A stretch of DNA of 64,000 nt, taken from assembly GCA_009103225.1 (NCBI GenBank), contig RHPI01003129.1, positions 1 through 64,000 on the forward strand. The letters are read 5' to 3'. How positions within the stretch are numbered: the stretch's first letter is position 1; each line of letters opens with the position of its first letter. The notes below the pieces were generated by a model. That model ran no database searches. It had not been told where the DNA came from and worked only from the letters and a program-made list of their open reading frames with translations. The stretch is from Chlorokybus atmophyticus. Taxonomy: Eukaryota > Plantae > Mesostigma and Chlorokybus algae. Below, piece by piece: positions 25,600 to 37,062 of this stretch. The position numbers and the translations under genes are program-made.

Positions 25600-25914
25600 T
25601 CACCCAAGACTTGCATACCTTTGGTGAGGCGAACCCACGGGCCGGGATGCTTGGGTACAATAACGCACGCACTCGTGTTGTGCGCGCTCTTGCTTTTGCA
25701 TGCAACATAGCTTGAGCATGTTGTACAGCTTGTCAATAGGCGCATGAAGCAAAACACATTTGCCCGCACAGTCGTTTTGCAAGAATTGAGTGTCTACATG
25801 TACACCCATCTCATTCTCCGACACAGCAACATTGCATGGTTGGGGTTGGCAGGACATCAAGCCACTATAAGCACATTGCTCATCAACATCCTCAGAGCAA
25901 CTTGCCATTGACAA
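25600..25914 (-). pseudogene. Degenerate Dam/N6-MTase-like module before the protease
   Basis: With one frameshift corrected it reads FLQNDCAGKCVLLHAPIDKLYNMLK/YVACKSKSAHNTSACVIVPKHPGPWVRLTKGMQVL. Confidence 0.5.
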
Positions 25915-26581
25915 TCCCTGTTACATGCATGGCTTTTGGCTGACTTCATGCCCCTCGTTTATTTATGAGAACATGGCCCCGAGCGGCGTCCGCTTCAGCC
26001 TCAATGAGATGAGCTTCACGGTTGCGCTTTTGATCTCGGTAACCGCGTCGAGCATCACTGGAACCTTCAACATGTCTTCCATGAGGGACTTGATCAGCTC
26101 TCGAAAATTGCAAACGAGCAATGTCGGCCTCATGTTGTTGTTGCAACCCTATTACTTGCCCACACAATGTGGCAACCAACATGGATAGCTGTTGAGTGGT
26201 TTTGCCAACATCATTGCCCCAAGATGCCTCCTCACATGTTGCTTGCTGTTGCTCAGCCATCTCCACAATGGTTACCGTAACAGATGCAGACACGCGCACA
26301 CGCGCGTACACGAGCAGCAAAGTGCAGCAAAGGCAGATGCGTGTGCAAGACTATGCACCAGCAGCAAACGCACACAAGTAATGCACAGATCAGCGTGCAC
26401 AACGGCCCACACCTAGCATGCAAGTGTGCGTGCAGCTGCAACGATCAACTAACACGCATAATCAGCATCAAAACACTGCCATGCAGCACATGCATGCAAA
26501 GAATGCAACGCATGCACCGATCAGCAAGTGCACAGGCTGATGGACAAGCATGCAAGGCTTGGAAACAAGCTCCGAGGTCAA

Positions 26582-27538
26582 TGTAATGATACCACTACTT
26601 ACTTGCTGGTCGGGGCTTGGCAAACTTATGCACAAGCACTAAGGACTTACAGCGGAAGTCTAACCAGCACCACGGTGCACGGGAAGTTGCAGAAGCGCAC
26701 CAAGAGAGGAGAGGATGACCACCAACCTCTCACACAGCTGTAGCCCCAGGCACACTCACGCCCAACACACCCACATGCACACACACAACACCACACTCCA
26801 CAAGGGATGAGGGGGAGAGCCCCTTCAACAACTACAATCAGGCACCCCACACACAAGTGGCCCTCAAGTAGTGAACACACTCTGATACCTACTCCAAGTC
26901 GCAACTGAGCTTTTATACCACTTGCCGCTCTCCCGACCTGGCACACAGCATTTCCAAGGTCCAAGGCCTTGTCATTGTGTGCTGACCTTCCAGCACATGC
27001 TGACTTTGTCCACATAGGACATGTCCCATCACAGGACATCAACCTCGGGATTATCAAACCTCGAGATTGTCAAACACATGACAACAACCTCGGGAACATT
27101 AAACTCCCTCGGTTTTCCATAAGAGGAACAATCCTACCTCAGAACCACAAACATAAGCTCTCCTAGTATAATAGTACTTGCGGATTGCCCACAGGCATCA
27201 CTTAGCCTTGCGACTGTCATCACAGTGGCAAATCGCATTACCACAGTATAATCCTGTGGTTTGCCAACTGGGCTTTAATTATTAGAGCTGTCACACATCC
27301 TGTGGCAACTCATAGGTTTGGGCCAAAGGCCTCAGGCACTGACCAGCTCTGTGCTAGCCCTCATCAATGCCTTGTGTAGTTCATCATACTCAGGGCCATA
27401 TAGGCTCAAGAGTAGACCTACATGAGAGCGCACCCCACAAGCACTACACATGCCTATGGGATGGAAACCCACTTGGTCTCTTCTTACTACATACGTAAGG
27501 GACAGAGATTGACTTTTGCCAGCCTTATAGGCGTGACA
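26582..27538 (-). repeat. 5' LTR of the deleted Ty3 element
   Basis: TGTAAT...GTGACA, colinear with 22680-23636 with many substitutions. Confidence 0.92.
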
Positions 27539-27773
27539 CAGTCTTGCGCTCTTGTGCGCTTTAAGACAGCTGCTACCCCGAGAGGAGAATATAAGCACCG
27601 GCTTTTTACGGCTAAAAAGCTAGTCTTATTATGTAAGAGAATAGTTTCTCGGGCAGCAGTATTTGCCCACAGAATGAATGGTCTTTTGATAAATTATAAT
27701 GTTACATGGGGTTATTCTCTTAAACCAAAGTCTCTCAATGGGGGAAGACTGTACGCTGCCCCTATCGGTACGT

Positions 27774-27863
27774 GCACATGTAGCTTAGTGGTCAGGGTGT
27801 CGTGTTTATATTTCAAAGGTCCAATGAGTCCAATGAGTCTTGGGTTCGACTCATGGTGGACGC
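27774..27863 (+). pseudogene. tRNA-derived sequence (tRNA pseudogene or SINE head)
   Basis: A-box TAGCTTAGTGG at 27781-27791 and B-box GGTTCGACTC at 27843-27852. Acceptor and T stems pair poorly; internal CCAATGAGT duplication. Confidence 0.45.
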
Positions 27864-28251
27864 GTACGTATGTTCGTTACTAACCATTTTTAAAAATGCC
27901 GCGGCCTCGTGCGCCGCAGCTCAGCGGCCCGCAGATCGGGCGTGGCCGGTGCCGTCGGCTCAAGATAAAGCACATTTCCTACATTTGCAACACATATGCT
28001 GATGGTTAAAAACAAATATTGCGGTCGATGGTCCGCTGGCCCGGACCAGTGATGATTGTTTAAGTACAACTTGTATGAAGTTCCTCGTCCGCTGGCCGCA
28101 GGCAGGCTCGTGCTTGGTCCTGACGCGCCCGATCTGGCCAGACCAAACATGGTGCGACCCAAAGAAACATGGGACCGTTCACGTGAGGATTGCACCATGC
28201 ATGGTCCGACTGTCAATGACAGCCGGACCATGCATGATCCACCGATTTTAA

Positions 28252-28303
28252 CCGGAATCTTACCCTGCTTAGTGAGTGTTCACTAAGCAGGGTAAGATTC
28301 CGG
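28252..28303. repeat. Perfect inverted repeat, 24-bp arms, 4-nt loop
   Basis: CCGGAATCTTACCCTGCTTAGTGA-GTGT-TCACTAAGCAGGGTAAGATTCCGG. Confidence 0.92.
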
Positions 28304-28706
28304 CCCGAAGGCACTGACCATTCATGGTCCTTTAATGTCAAGCGGTGTGATAGCGAGGATGGTTTTATAGCAGTGTGCAGCAAGTATGTGAGGAGGTATC
28401 CTTGAGCAATGATGTTGCCATGACCCCTTAATGATGGACTATGGACGGCACTTTGTGTGAGCAAGCAACCATTGCTTTTAGTAAATTGCGGCAAGTTGTT
28501 GTTATAGCAACATGAGTCCGACATCGCATGTTTGCAACTGTCAAGAGTTGCCTAGCAAGTCACGTGCGAAGGACATGGTGCGTATGTAGATGCATTGCAA
28601 CACGTCCTTAAGTGTATTCATGAGGCTAGCGCTATTGCTTACGCATGCTCTTGTATATGAGGGGCATGAATAAAGTAAGAAGCCATGCCATGCGGGGGAG
28701 GGGGGG

Positions 28707-28721
28707 NNNNNNNNNNNNNNN
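28707..28721. other. Assembly gap (N run)
   Basis: 15 N. Confidence 1.
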
Positions 28722-29433
28722 CCCTTGTGCAAATGGGGTCGGGGAAGGGGGAGGGGGAGACCGCACGTAACAGCATGCAGCGACATCAGTGTAGCACATA
28801 TATGCTCCTCCATTAATCTGATACACATATCGCATGCGATGACATACAGATGTGTATATGACATGATGTGTACACATACGCATACACTACGGCACTGGTG
28901 CACACGCGCACGTAAGCAGCACGTAGTCTACCCTTGCTATAGAAATACTTCATCAACAGCGCTTTTAGTCTTATGGCGGGGTCATCCATTCGTCGTCATA
29001 AGATTGGATAGTCTTCAAACGCATACAAATGAATATATGATTACACTAAATTGTATAAGCAAAAATTGTGTATGTGCATAGTTTAAATACTAAAATATGA
29101 TATGTATGTAATGTATACTATATATATATATGTCATTATGTGCATAGACCACAAATGTATAATAAGACATATTTACATACATAAAGCATCGTTGCTTCCT
29201 CTTGTTGTGGGCATAATGAAGGGAAAATTGATATACAATTCAATGTTCCCTATGCGATCAAGACTATTTCCATGCCCATAGCTGTTTAACACTAAGGATG
29301 CCAATGTACACTAAAGTGTACATGTACACTTAACTGTACATTCAAAGGGCCCTCCTTTGCACGGCCTTCTTGGCCGGTGGTGATAATGCAACAAATGACA
29401 TATAAGTGGATAGCTCTTGGCGTGACGTGTCAA

Positions 29434-29467
29434 GGAAAAGTAACCGCGTCGGCGCGGTTACTTTTCC
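29434..29467. repeat. Perfect inverted repeat, 15-bp arms, 4-nt loop
   Basis: GGAAAAGTAACCGCG-TCGG-CGCGGTTACTTTTCC. Confidence 0.9.
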
Positions 29468-30071
29468 GCGATTGTTTAACATATACACATTTTAGTGTCT
29501 GACAGTGTCATTATGGCTTGCTATCGCAACCCGTCGGGTTCACTCACTTAAAACTAACTCCTCACACAGAAGGAATCTCGTACAAGTACTCGTATACTCG
29601 TAAGTACACGTATAAGTTACCAATGAAAATTGTTCTACACAACGAGAGCTATTCTTTGAGCTCACATATGCCGCGGAATTCATACAACTGCAACCATAAG
29701 GACGCTTTCAAGGCCCTTGCACAACTGTACACAAAAGTGTACAGTGACTTTTGCCATTTCGGTTGCTTGCCAAGTTTAACTTGTGACACAAATAGCCAAT
29801 TGGACTAAAACTTTGCACACTTATTGCTTGTAATGATAGTACTGTATGCACAAAGTTTTAGCTTAAATTAAGATAGTCTATATAAGTTATAGCAATGCCC
29901 AGCAGGTGAGATAAATACTCTTAAGTGTACATTTATTTATACCTAATGTTAATGAAGCGGACATCGGCCTCTGAGATTTTAATCTTATTACGGGCTTATT
30001 CTATTGGCGAAGATAACAGCAGGGGTGAACTGTATTTTCGTGCGATGTGTACATCACAACAAAGCCTTTGT

Positions 30072-30075
<4 letters not shown>

Positions 30076-30107
<32 letters not shown>
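30076..30107. repeat. (AG)n microsatellite
   Basis: Directly visible. Confidence 0.9.
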
Positions 30108-30108
<1 letters not shown>

Positions 30109-30699
30109 AGTGGAAGGAGGGTATAAATGAAATACCCCCTGTACAGCCGGTGACATAATCGTTACGTATTGATGATATAAGACATATCAATGAGTGGGTG
30201 GGTGGGGCTCATAGAGTCGTAGTGTGCATATGAACTTGGGACAACCAAAGACTCCTTCCCTTTATCATGTACAGTATACCCCTGTCTTTTGGCGTTTTAA
30301 GAGAATATAAATTCTTTCAATGGGGGTCTCGCTAGGAAGGTGCATGAGCGTTTACAAGACTAAGTTTGCTATCAACGTGTGTGCATTTTACATGTATATG
30401 ACGAGTATTGTGAGTTTACCGTACATTCAGCGATTAGATAACACACAATGTAACATGGTGCTGTGTGGCATCATACATGCTTAAAGTGTTATGGTACAAC
30501 AAGTGTTTATGCGCATGTATGTTGGCGCGCACGCATGCGTAAAATATATAATGAATTTGCTTAAATATGTACATGAGCATATTGCTTTCAAAGCAAGTCG
30601 CGTGTGTGTGTAAGAGCAAGCAGCATGCATCTTTGAGGCCATCACCACCAATACAAGCATTGCAGACTGCACTCGTACATGCATGGTATGCACGCTACT

Positions 30700-31800
30700 C
30701 TAACTCGACTGGCTCATCGACTATGCCACCCGTGCCAATGATGATAGCATCATGTCCAGAAGCACCCGCAGTGAAAAATTTCTGTATGATGGTTTGATGG
30801 CCAGCGTCAAACATCTCATGCTTGATGTCCACATTGCGCGGCTGCCGTATGGTGAGCTGTTGATGCTCTGAGTTGGGGCAGTCATTGGTGGCGATGAAGG
30901 CCTCCACACCATCACAGAATCTCATGCACTCTCCGCCACTGGGATGCGTGGGGGTGATTCCTCCTCCTCCTCCTCCTCATTTACAACACAAGGCATTGTA
31001 AGTGCCCACTCGTACACGTTTTGCAACGAGATCCCTCACCTTCAGCCTCATCAGGCTCAACGGCGGCTCCTATAATGCCTCCGGCGCTTTCACGGATGTC
31101 CTCATCGCTCTGCCTCGGCTTCGGTTGGAAGGGTGTCATCGACGTGAACGAACTCAGCTGGGGAGAGCATCTCCGCACGTGGCATGGGAAGTCGCTGCAT
31201 GATGTCCTCAATCTCCTGCACAATAACCTGCTCGTGTACGTCAGTGTCGGGAGTGGGCGCGTGCCAAGCAGGGGGGGTGATGCCGCTCTTCCTTTAGCAA
31301 TTCGAGATGGTGATTGCGGTGAGCTCTCCGTACGCTTCGCAACACGTGATTGCCTCCCTCACCTGCACCTTCACCGTGCGCAAGTCGGTTTTCGGGTGGG
31401 CATCATGTTGCTGCAGCAAGTACACAACAAGCTTGCGCTTGTACCTGCCATGACCAAAGTGAGAATGCATTACAAACTCTGACGCACAAGGGGGGTCAGG
31501 GGCTTGGGTACAATAACGCACGCACTCGTGTTGTGCGCGCTCTTGCTTTTGCATGCAACATAGCTTGAGCATGTTGTACAGCTTGTCAATNGGCCTTGAA
31601 CGCAGCAATAATGCCTGCGTTAAGAGGTTGAACCTTGCTGGTTGTGTTGAGAGGCAGGAACAGACACTTCACGGTGTCCACCTGCGTCTTGAACCCTCTC
31701 TCCATGCCCGCGACCCCATTAGCTTCATCTGAAAAGCGAAGTTGCAGAGCCAGCAACTGAAAGATCAGCATGAGACAATGTGTAGTTATACACACGAACA
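30700..31800 (-). mobile_element. Decayed pogo/Tigger transposase, C-terminal half
   Basis: FLPLNTTSKVQPLNAGIIAAFKA and TAITISNC*RKSGITP (TI.NCW.K.G motif), split by a foreign 89-bp piece and a single N. Confidence 0.75.
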
Positions 31801-31962
31801 CACATACAATTACACATGTGAACTTGCAGTTTGCATTAACAGACTTGCCAATCTCTTGTCCATGAGAGTAATGTTGCTACGCTTAGCGGGCTGTGGTGCA
31901 GACATGAAGACCTATAAAACGCACACAATGGCCTTACTGTTCCCGTTACAACATTGCACACC

Positions 31963-32000
31963 AACCCTAACCCTAACCCTAATCCTGACCCTAATTCTAA
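31963..32000. repeat. Interstitial telomeric tract
   Basis: AACCCT x3 then AATCCT GACCCT AATTCT, same orientation as the terminal array. Confidence 0.75.
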
Positions 32001-33461
32001 TACACGCGCATAGGCACAACACACACCTTGGCACAAGCCCTCCGGAGCTTGAAGCAGCTGTTCCCATCGTCAAGGCGTCTACTGCTATCTATCTACACCC
32101 TTGCCCCCGCCGCCGCCAACCCTCGCGCCGCCGCCGCCGCCGCATCTTACCGCGCCTCAAGGGGATAACCAGTGCCTCTGCAACTAACATGGCGGCTTAA
32201 GGCACAGAAGCACTTGTATGGGCATAAGGGCAAGTGCTTGCTCGTGCCCTTACGCACAGCATTGCTACCCCGATCAGAGCATATCACCACTGGGATTTTC
32301 ATGCGGCAACATTGGTCTGATTACGCACAAGACTATTCCATTAAGTGAAGATGTTTGCCTGTAAAACCATTGGTCTTTGATAATCTATGATCTTAGCGGG
32401 GTTATTCCCTTAATGCGAAGTCTTTCAACAGGGGTACACTGTACACATATATGTATGCGTGTGTCTTGCGGCATTGGTACCGTAAGGTAGGGTGTTTTGC
32501 CCTAACTTCGGACGATTGCCTAACTTCGGACGACCTCTGCAGTGACCTGTTGGAACTGTTGTAGAGGGCGCAATTAGCGGTCAAATGCTATGGGGGTTGT
32601 TTTCTCCGCTTGCCCTTGCCCAATCGAAACTGCTCCGTGAATTCGAATTCAAACCGCCGAGTACCGGCGCCATGGTGCTTGATTAACTGGATGACAGTGG
32701 GTTAGACCGCACTGTTGGGTTGACTTTGAACTTCCAAGGATAGACGCACACTGAACCGAATGAGGAGCTTGTAGGCTCTATGAATTGCCCTTGTAACCTA
32801 GTTAATAACTCTCAGAGGACTTGCTTAAACGCACTGCCATTTGAAAGTTATGGCGGGCAAAGCACAAGTGTGGTTGTTGGAGGGTTTCTTAAGCTGCTGT
32901 CCGAATGCAACTGCAGTTGTGTGCAAGCTTTTGTATGGCGGTGGTTCTTGTGAGGTTTAGGCGAGGTGCGAGGATGTGTGCTAGCTGTTGGTAGGGTGTT
33001 GGGGGTGGGGGTGGTGCAGTGTGACTCTGAGTTAGCACGCATCCTGCTGCAGCAATGGTGGCTACACGTGCAACGCAATCTAGTTCACCGACACACGACG
33101 ACACAGAACGGCATGAGGTGAGTTGCAATCAAGCGTTGAACTGCTAGGTTAGCATGCATACAGTCTACCTATGCTGCCTACTAAAGTCTAGTGCTGCTTA
33201 CACTCTTGTGGGGTGTTGTGAGGGGACTCAGAGCTGGTGGTTAATCAGCCTGTAGTGCTGTGTGTACACCCTTTCATCACTGCCCCCTGTGTTGAGTTGT
33301 GGTGTTGATGGATGTGGTCCGCAGGAGTGCACTTCTGCTGGGGGAAAGGGAGGCGCCAGCGTGCGGTCTACACCCCCTCTGCCCCGTGTCCTCTGAAGCG
33401 TCATAGAGGGCGAGGCAAGCAGGTGCTGCATAGCTGTGTGGGCAGTGCCAGACGTAAAGGC

Positions 33462-36211
33462 ATGCAATACATGAACTACAAGAGCGAGGGGATGCTGCTG
33501 ACGCTGAGTGTTGCTGTGGACAAGGTTAAAGCGGGCATGAGCTTGAGAATAGCAGCTGCAAAGCACGGACTCCCGCCTTCAACACTTTACGACTATGTGA
33601 TTTACCCACGGAAGTTGCAGCTTTCTCGTGGTCCAGGGAGAGCCCCCATGTTGACAGACGAGGAGGAGGAGGAGCTGGTGTAGTGGGTGCATTAGATGTC
33701 CAACTGCCACTATGCAGTGACGAGGCCTGCATTGTTTCGAAAGGTAAGGGTGCATGGTGCTCAGCTGTGGACATGTGTGCAGCAGCTGTGCCATAGTGAG
33801 ACTGACCTGCTGTTGGCATGTAGGTGGTGCACATGCTCGAGAGTGACCCAGCATGAAGGCTGCAGCGTTTTGGAGCTCGTGGAGTCCCTGGGTATCGCTA
33901 GCTGTGGCTCTTGATGAGTCGCCACCAGCTGGCATCTCGTGTGGCAGAGGGGTTGGATAGGCGCAGGTGGCAAGCCTGCACAAGAGACAACGTAACTGCG
34001 TTTTTTGACCTGTATGTCAAGACCTTGGAAGAGTTGGGGATTGAAGACCCCACGAGGATCTTTAATGCTAACGAAATCGGCTTTGAGCCCAATAATTTGG
34101 GTGAGTTCAGGTGCGTGCTTGGTTGTGCTCCTGATGTGGTAGGTACTAACTTTAACTCTGCAGGCACTGTTAAAGTTATATGCAAGAAGGGGTACAAGAA
34201 CCCCTACTACAATCAATGCGGAAGCCGTGAGCATATGTGGGTTGGATAGGCGCAGGTGGCAAGCCTGCACAAGAGACAACGTAACTGCGTTTTTTAACCT
34301 GTATGTTAAGACCTTGGAAGAGTTGGGAATTGAAGACCCCACGAGGATCTTTAATGCTGACGAAATCGAATTTGAGCCCAATAATGTGGGTGAGTTCAGG
34401 TGCGTGCTTGGTTGTGCTCCTGATGTGGTAGGTACTGACTTTAACTCTGCAGGCACTGTTAAAGTTATATGCAAGAAGGGGTACAAGAACCCCTACTACA
34501 ATCAATGCGGAAGCCGTGAGCATATGTGGGTTGGATAGGCGCAGGTGGCAAGCCTGCACAAGAGACAACGTAACTGCGTTTTTTAACCTGTATGTTAAGA
34601 CCTTGGAAGAGTTGGGAATTGAAGACCCCACGAGGATCTTTAATGCTGACGAAATCGAATTTGAGCCCAATAATGTGGGTGAGTTCAGGTGCGTGCTTGG
34701 TTGTGCTCCTGATGTGGTAGGTACTGACTTTAACTCTGCAGGCACTGTTAAAGTTATATGCAAGAAGGGGTACAAGAACCCCTACTACAATCAATGCGGA
34801 AGCCGTGAGCATATGTCTGTCATGGCGTGTGTTAGTGCAGCAGGGCAGTGGATGCCACCTATGTACATCCTGAACGGCACTCGCTACACAGGCAATTACC
34901 TCAAGCATGCACCATATGGATCTACCATGCGAATGCAGGAGAATGCATATATGACCATTGACATCTTCGCGGACTGGTTCGAAGGTATTCTCAAGTTCAT
35001 ACCTGGAGGCGTGTCGGAGGACAATCCTGTGCTGTTGCTGCTTGACGGACACTCTTCACAAATGAACCCTAGTCTGCTTGAGCTTGCCAGGTCAAGGGGA
35101 GTCCACATGTTGACATTCCCCCCTCACATGACGCACCTGATGCAGGTGAGAGTGTGAGCGCATGCAATGCTTGCATGGACTGCCAGTCAAGATGCACTGA
35201 CTACCTGTGCTGCGCAGGTGCTTGATGTGAGCTGCTTTTGCTCCTTGAAGGAGCATTACCGCCAGGCATTCCTTGAGTGGCGAGTTGAGGAACCAAACAG
35301 CCCCATCACTAAGTTGCAATTTGTGAAGCTGACCGCAGAACCTTTCCTGCTGGCTATGGATCCGCGCAACATTGTCAATGGCTTTCGCAAGACAGGTTAG
35401 TTGACAACTTGACACCAGTCGTGATGCAACCTGTGTGCATGCTGCATTGCTGAAAGTGTGACATTGTAGACCACTATGCTCTCTTTTGTGGTGCGTGTGC
35501 TGCACTTGTGTGCATATTGGCTCACATACCTGTGGCAACATCAGGAGTGTGGCCAGTGGACATCCACGCGCTGGACAGCAAAGTCCCCGAGATGCCAAAG
35601 CCAACAGCTGAAGAATGCACGCCCGACCTGGCTCATGCTCAAGTCCAGCATGATTCGGTGGACCTGCACTTGATGGTGACGGAGTGCCTGCCAACTCAGA
35701 CAACGAGGACTCTGATGCAACCGAAGACGAAGACTTCAGCTGTGACAAGGAGAATCAGCCCCCCCCTACAAGCCCACCTGTTCAACATGCCATCAACAAC
35801 ATCAGCAATGTGAACACTTTGGACAACCATGCACTCAGGAACAGCAACAACAACAACATCAACATAAACATCAACAGCGGTGAAAACACCTCCGCTGGCA
35901 ACATCAACATTGACATCGCACCTCCACAAGGTGGGGGCGCGGGCTGGAAGACGAAAGCACCACATTTGCCAGACTCTGTGGTTCTGACTTCACAAGGCTA
36001 CATCAACATGTTGAACGTCAAGAAGGCAGAGGCGGAGCGGAAGAAGGAGGCCATTGCTGTTCGAAAGCAGCAGATTGCTAATAAACGTGTGGACGTTGCC
36101 AGGAAGAAGGAGGCCGCTGCCCTTGACAGACAGGTTGCCAAGTCGAAGAAGGCGCTGCTGGATCTGCAGAAGCAGGAAGCAAAGGCAGCCAAAGAAGCTG
36201 CCAAGCAATAG
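33462..36211 (+). pseudogene. Intron-containing HTH_psq/CENP-B/DDE_1 transposase, disrupted
   Basis: MSLRIAAAKHGLPPSTL; GRAPMLTDEEEEEL; IFNADE; SVMACVSAAG; VLLLLDGHSS; FPPHMTHLMQ|VLDV (intron 35146-35217); GFRKTG| intron; charged coiled-coil tail. Premature stops and a frame-breaking triplication. Confidence 0.88.
33950..34816 (+). repeat. Tandem triplication of a 289-bp unit inside the transposase
   Basis: GGTTGGATAGGCGCAGG starts at 33951, 34240 and 34529. Copies 2 and 3 are identical; copy 1 differs at 8 positions. Confidence 0.95.
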
Positions 36212-36977
36212 AAGCTGTTAGCAATGCAGCAGGGCATTACCTGTGCTGAACCAACACACATACGCACATGGGCTGGCTTAAGGCCGGTGGTCATTGACTT
36301 GGAGACACAGGGTGTGGATGCCATCCACTACGACAACCCACTGGCTGGTCTCACCCCCATGGCCAGCCCACCAGGCAGTCTACAACCAGTGTGCTGGCAG
36401 TCGATGTCACCCACACCTTCAGACATGCAAGCTGCCAACCGCGCAGTGGAGGCAAGCCTCACAACAAGCATGCCAGCCCTGATACTGCTCAACCTTAAAG
36501 CCACAGCCAGAGGCCTACCACGATAGTTAGACAATGGCTTAAACATGTACATAGACATAGGCTACCTTAAAACCAAAAAAAGCACAGTCCAACACTGTGC
36601 AACACACCCGCTGTGCATGCATGCAAGTGCAATGCACATGCAAGTGCAATGCAATCGCAGTGCATGCAAGGCAATGCTGTCAACAGTGCGAGCAACACAC
36701 AAAGTCTGTGCATACACACAACCTGTCAAGACACACACACAACCTGTCCCCCCCNNNCAACAAGCAGAACTGTGCATGCATGCATGCAACCCACAGTGAT
36801 GTCTCAAGCCTGCTCACATGTGGGCCACACGATGTCGTCGGTGGGCAACATGGGACCCACATCATGCCAAGTCCCTTGCACATAAACGCTACCCAGCTTG
36901 AGCAACACCCTACAGAACCTGTCTCACACACACACAGACGATCACACACAACAACACAATGACCTGAATAAGCAACA

Positions 36978-37007
36978 GCACACGCACACGCACACGCACA
37001 CGCACAT

Positions 37008-37038
<31 letters not shown>

Positions 37039-37062
37039 TGCACACACACACACACACACACA
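36978..37062. repeat. Compound (CACG)n/(CA)n microsatellite
   Basis: Directly visible. Confidence 0.85.

Larger units (their letters stand above)
22680..27538 (-). mobile_element. Internally deleted Ty3/Gypsy LTR retrotransposon (no integrase) with 5-bp TSD
   Basis: Two 957-bp TG...CA LTRs; TSD CAGTC at 22675-22679 and 27539-27543; PPT AAGTGGGGAGACA next to the 3' LTR. Internal gag remnant, protease IIDTG, RT LPFGLTN..YFDD and a truncated RNase H. Confidence 0.93.
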
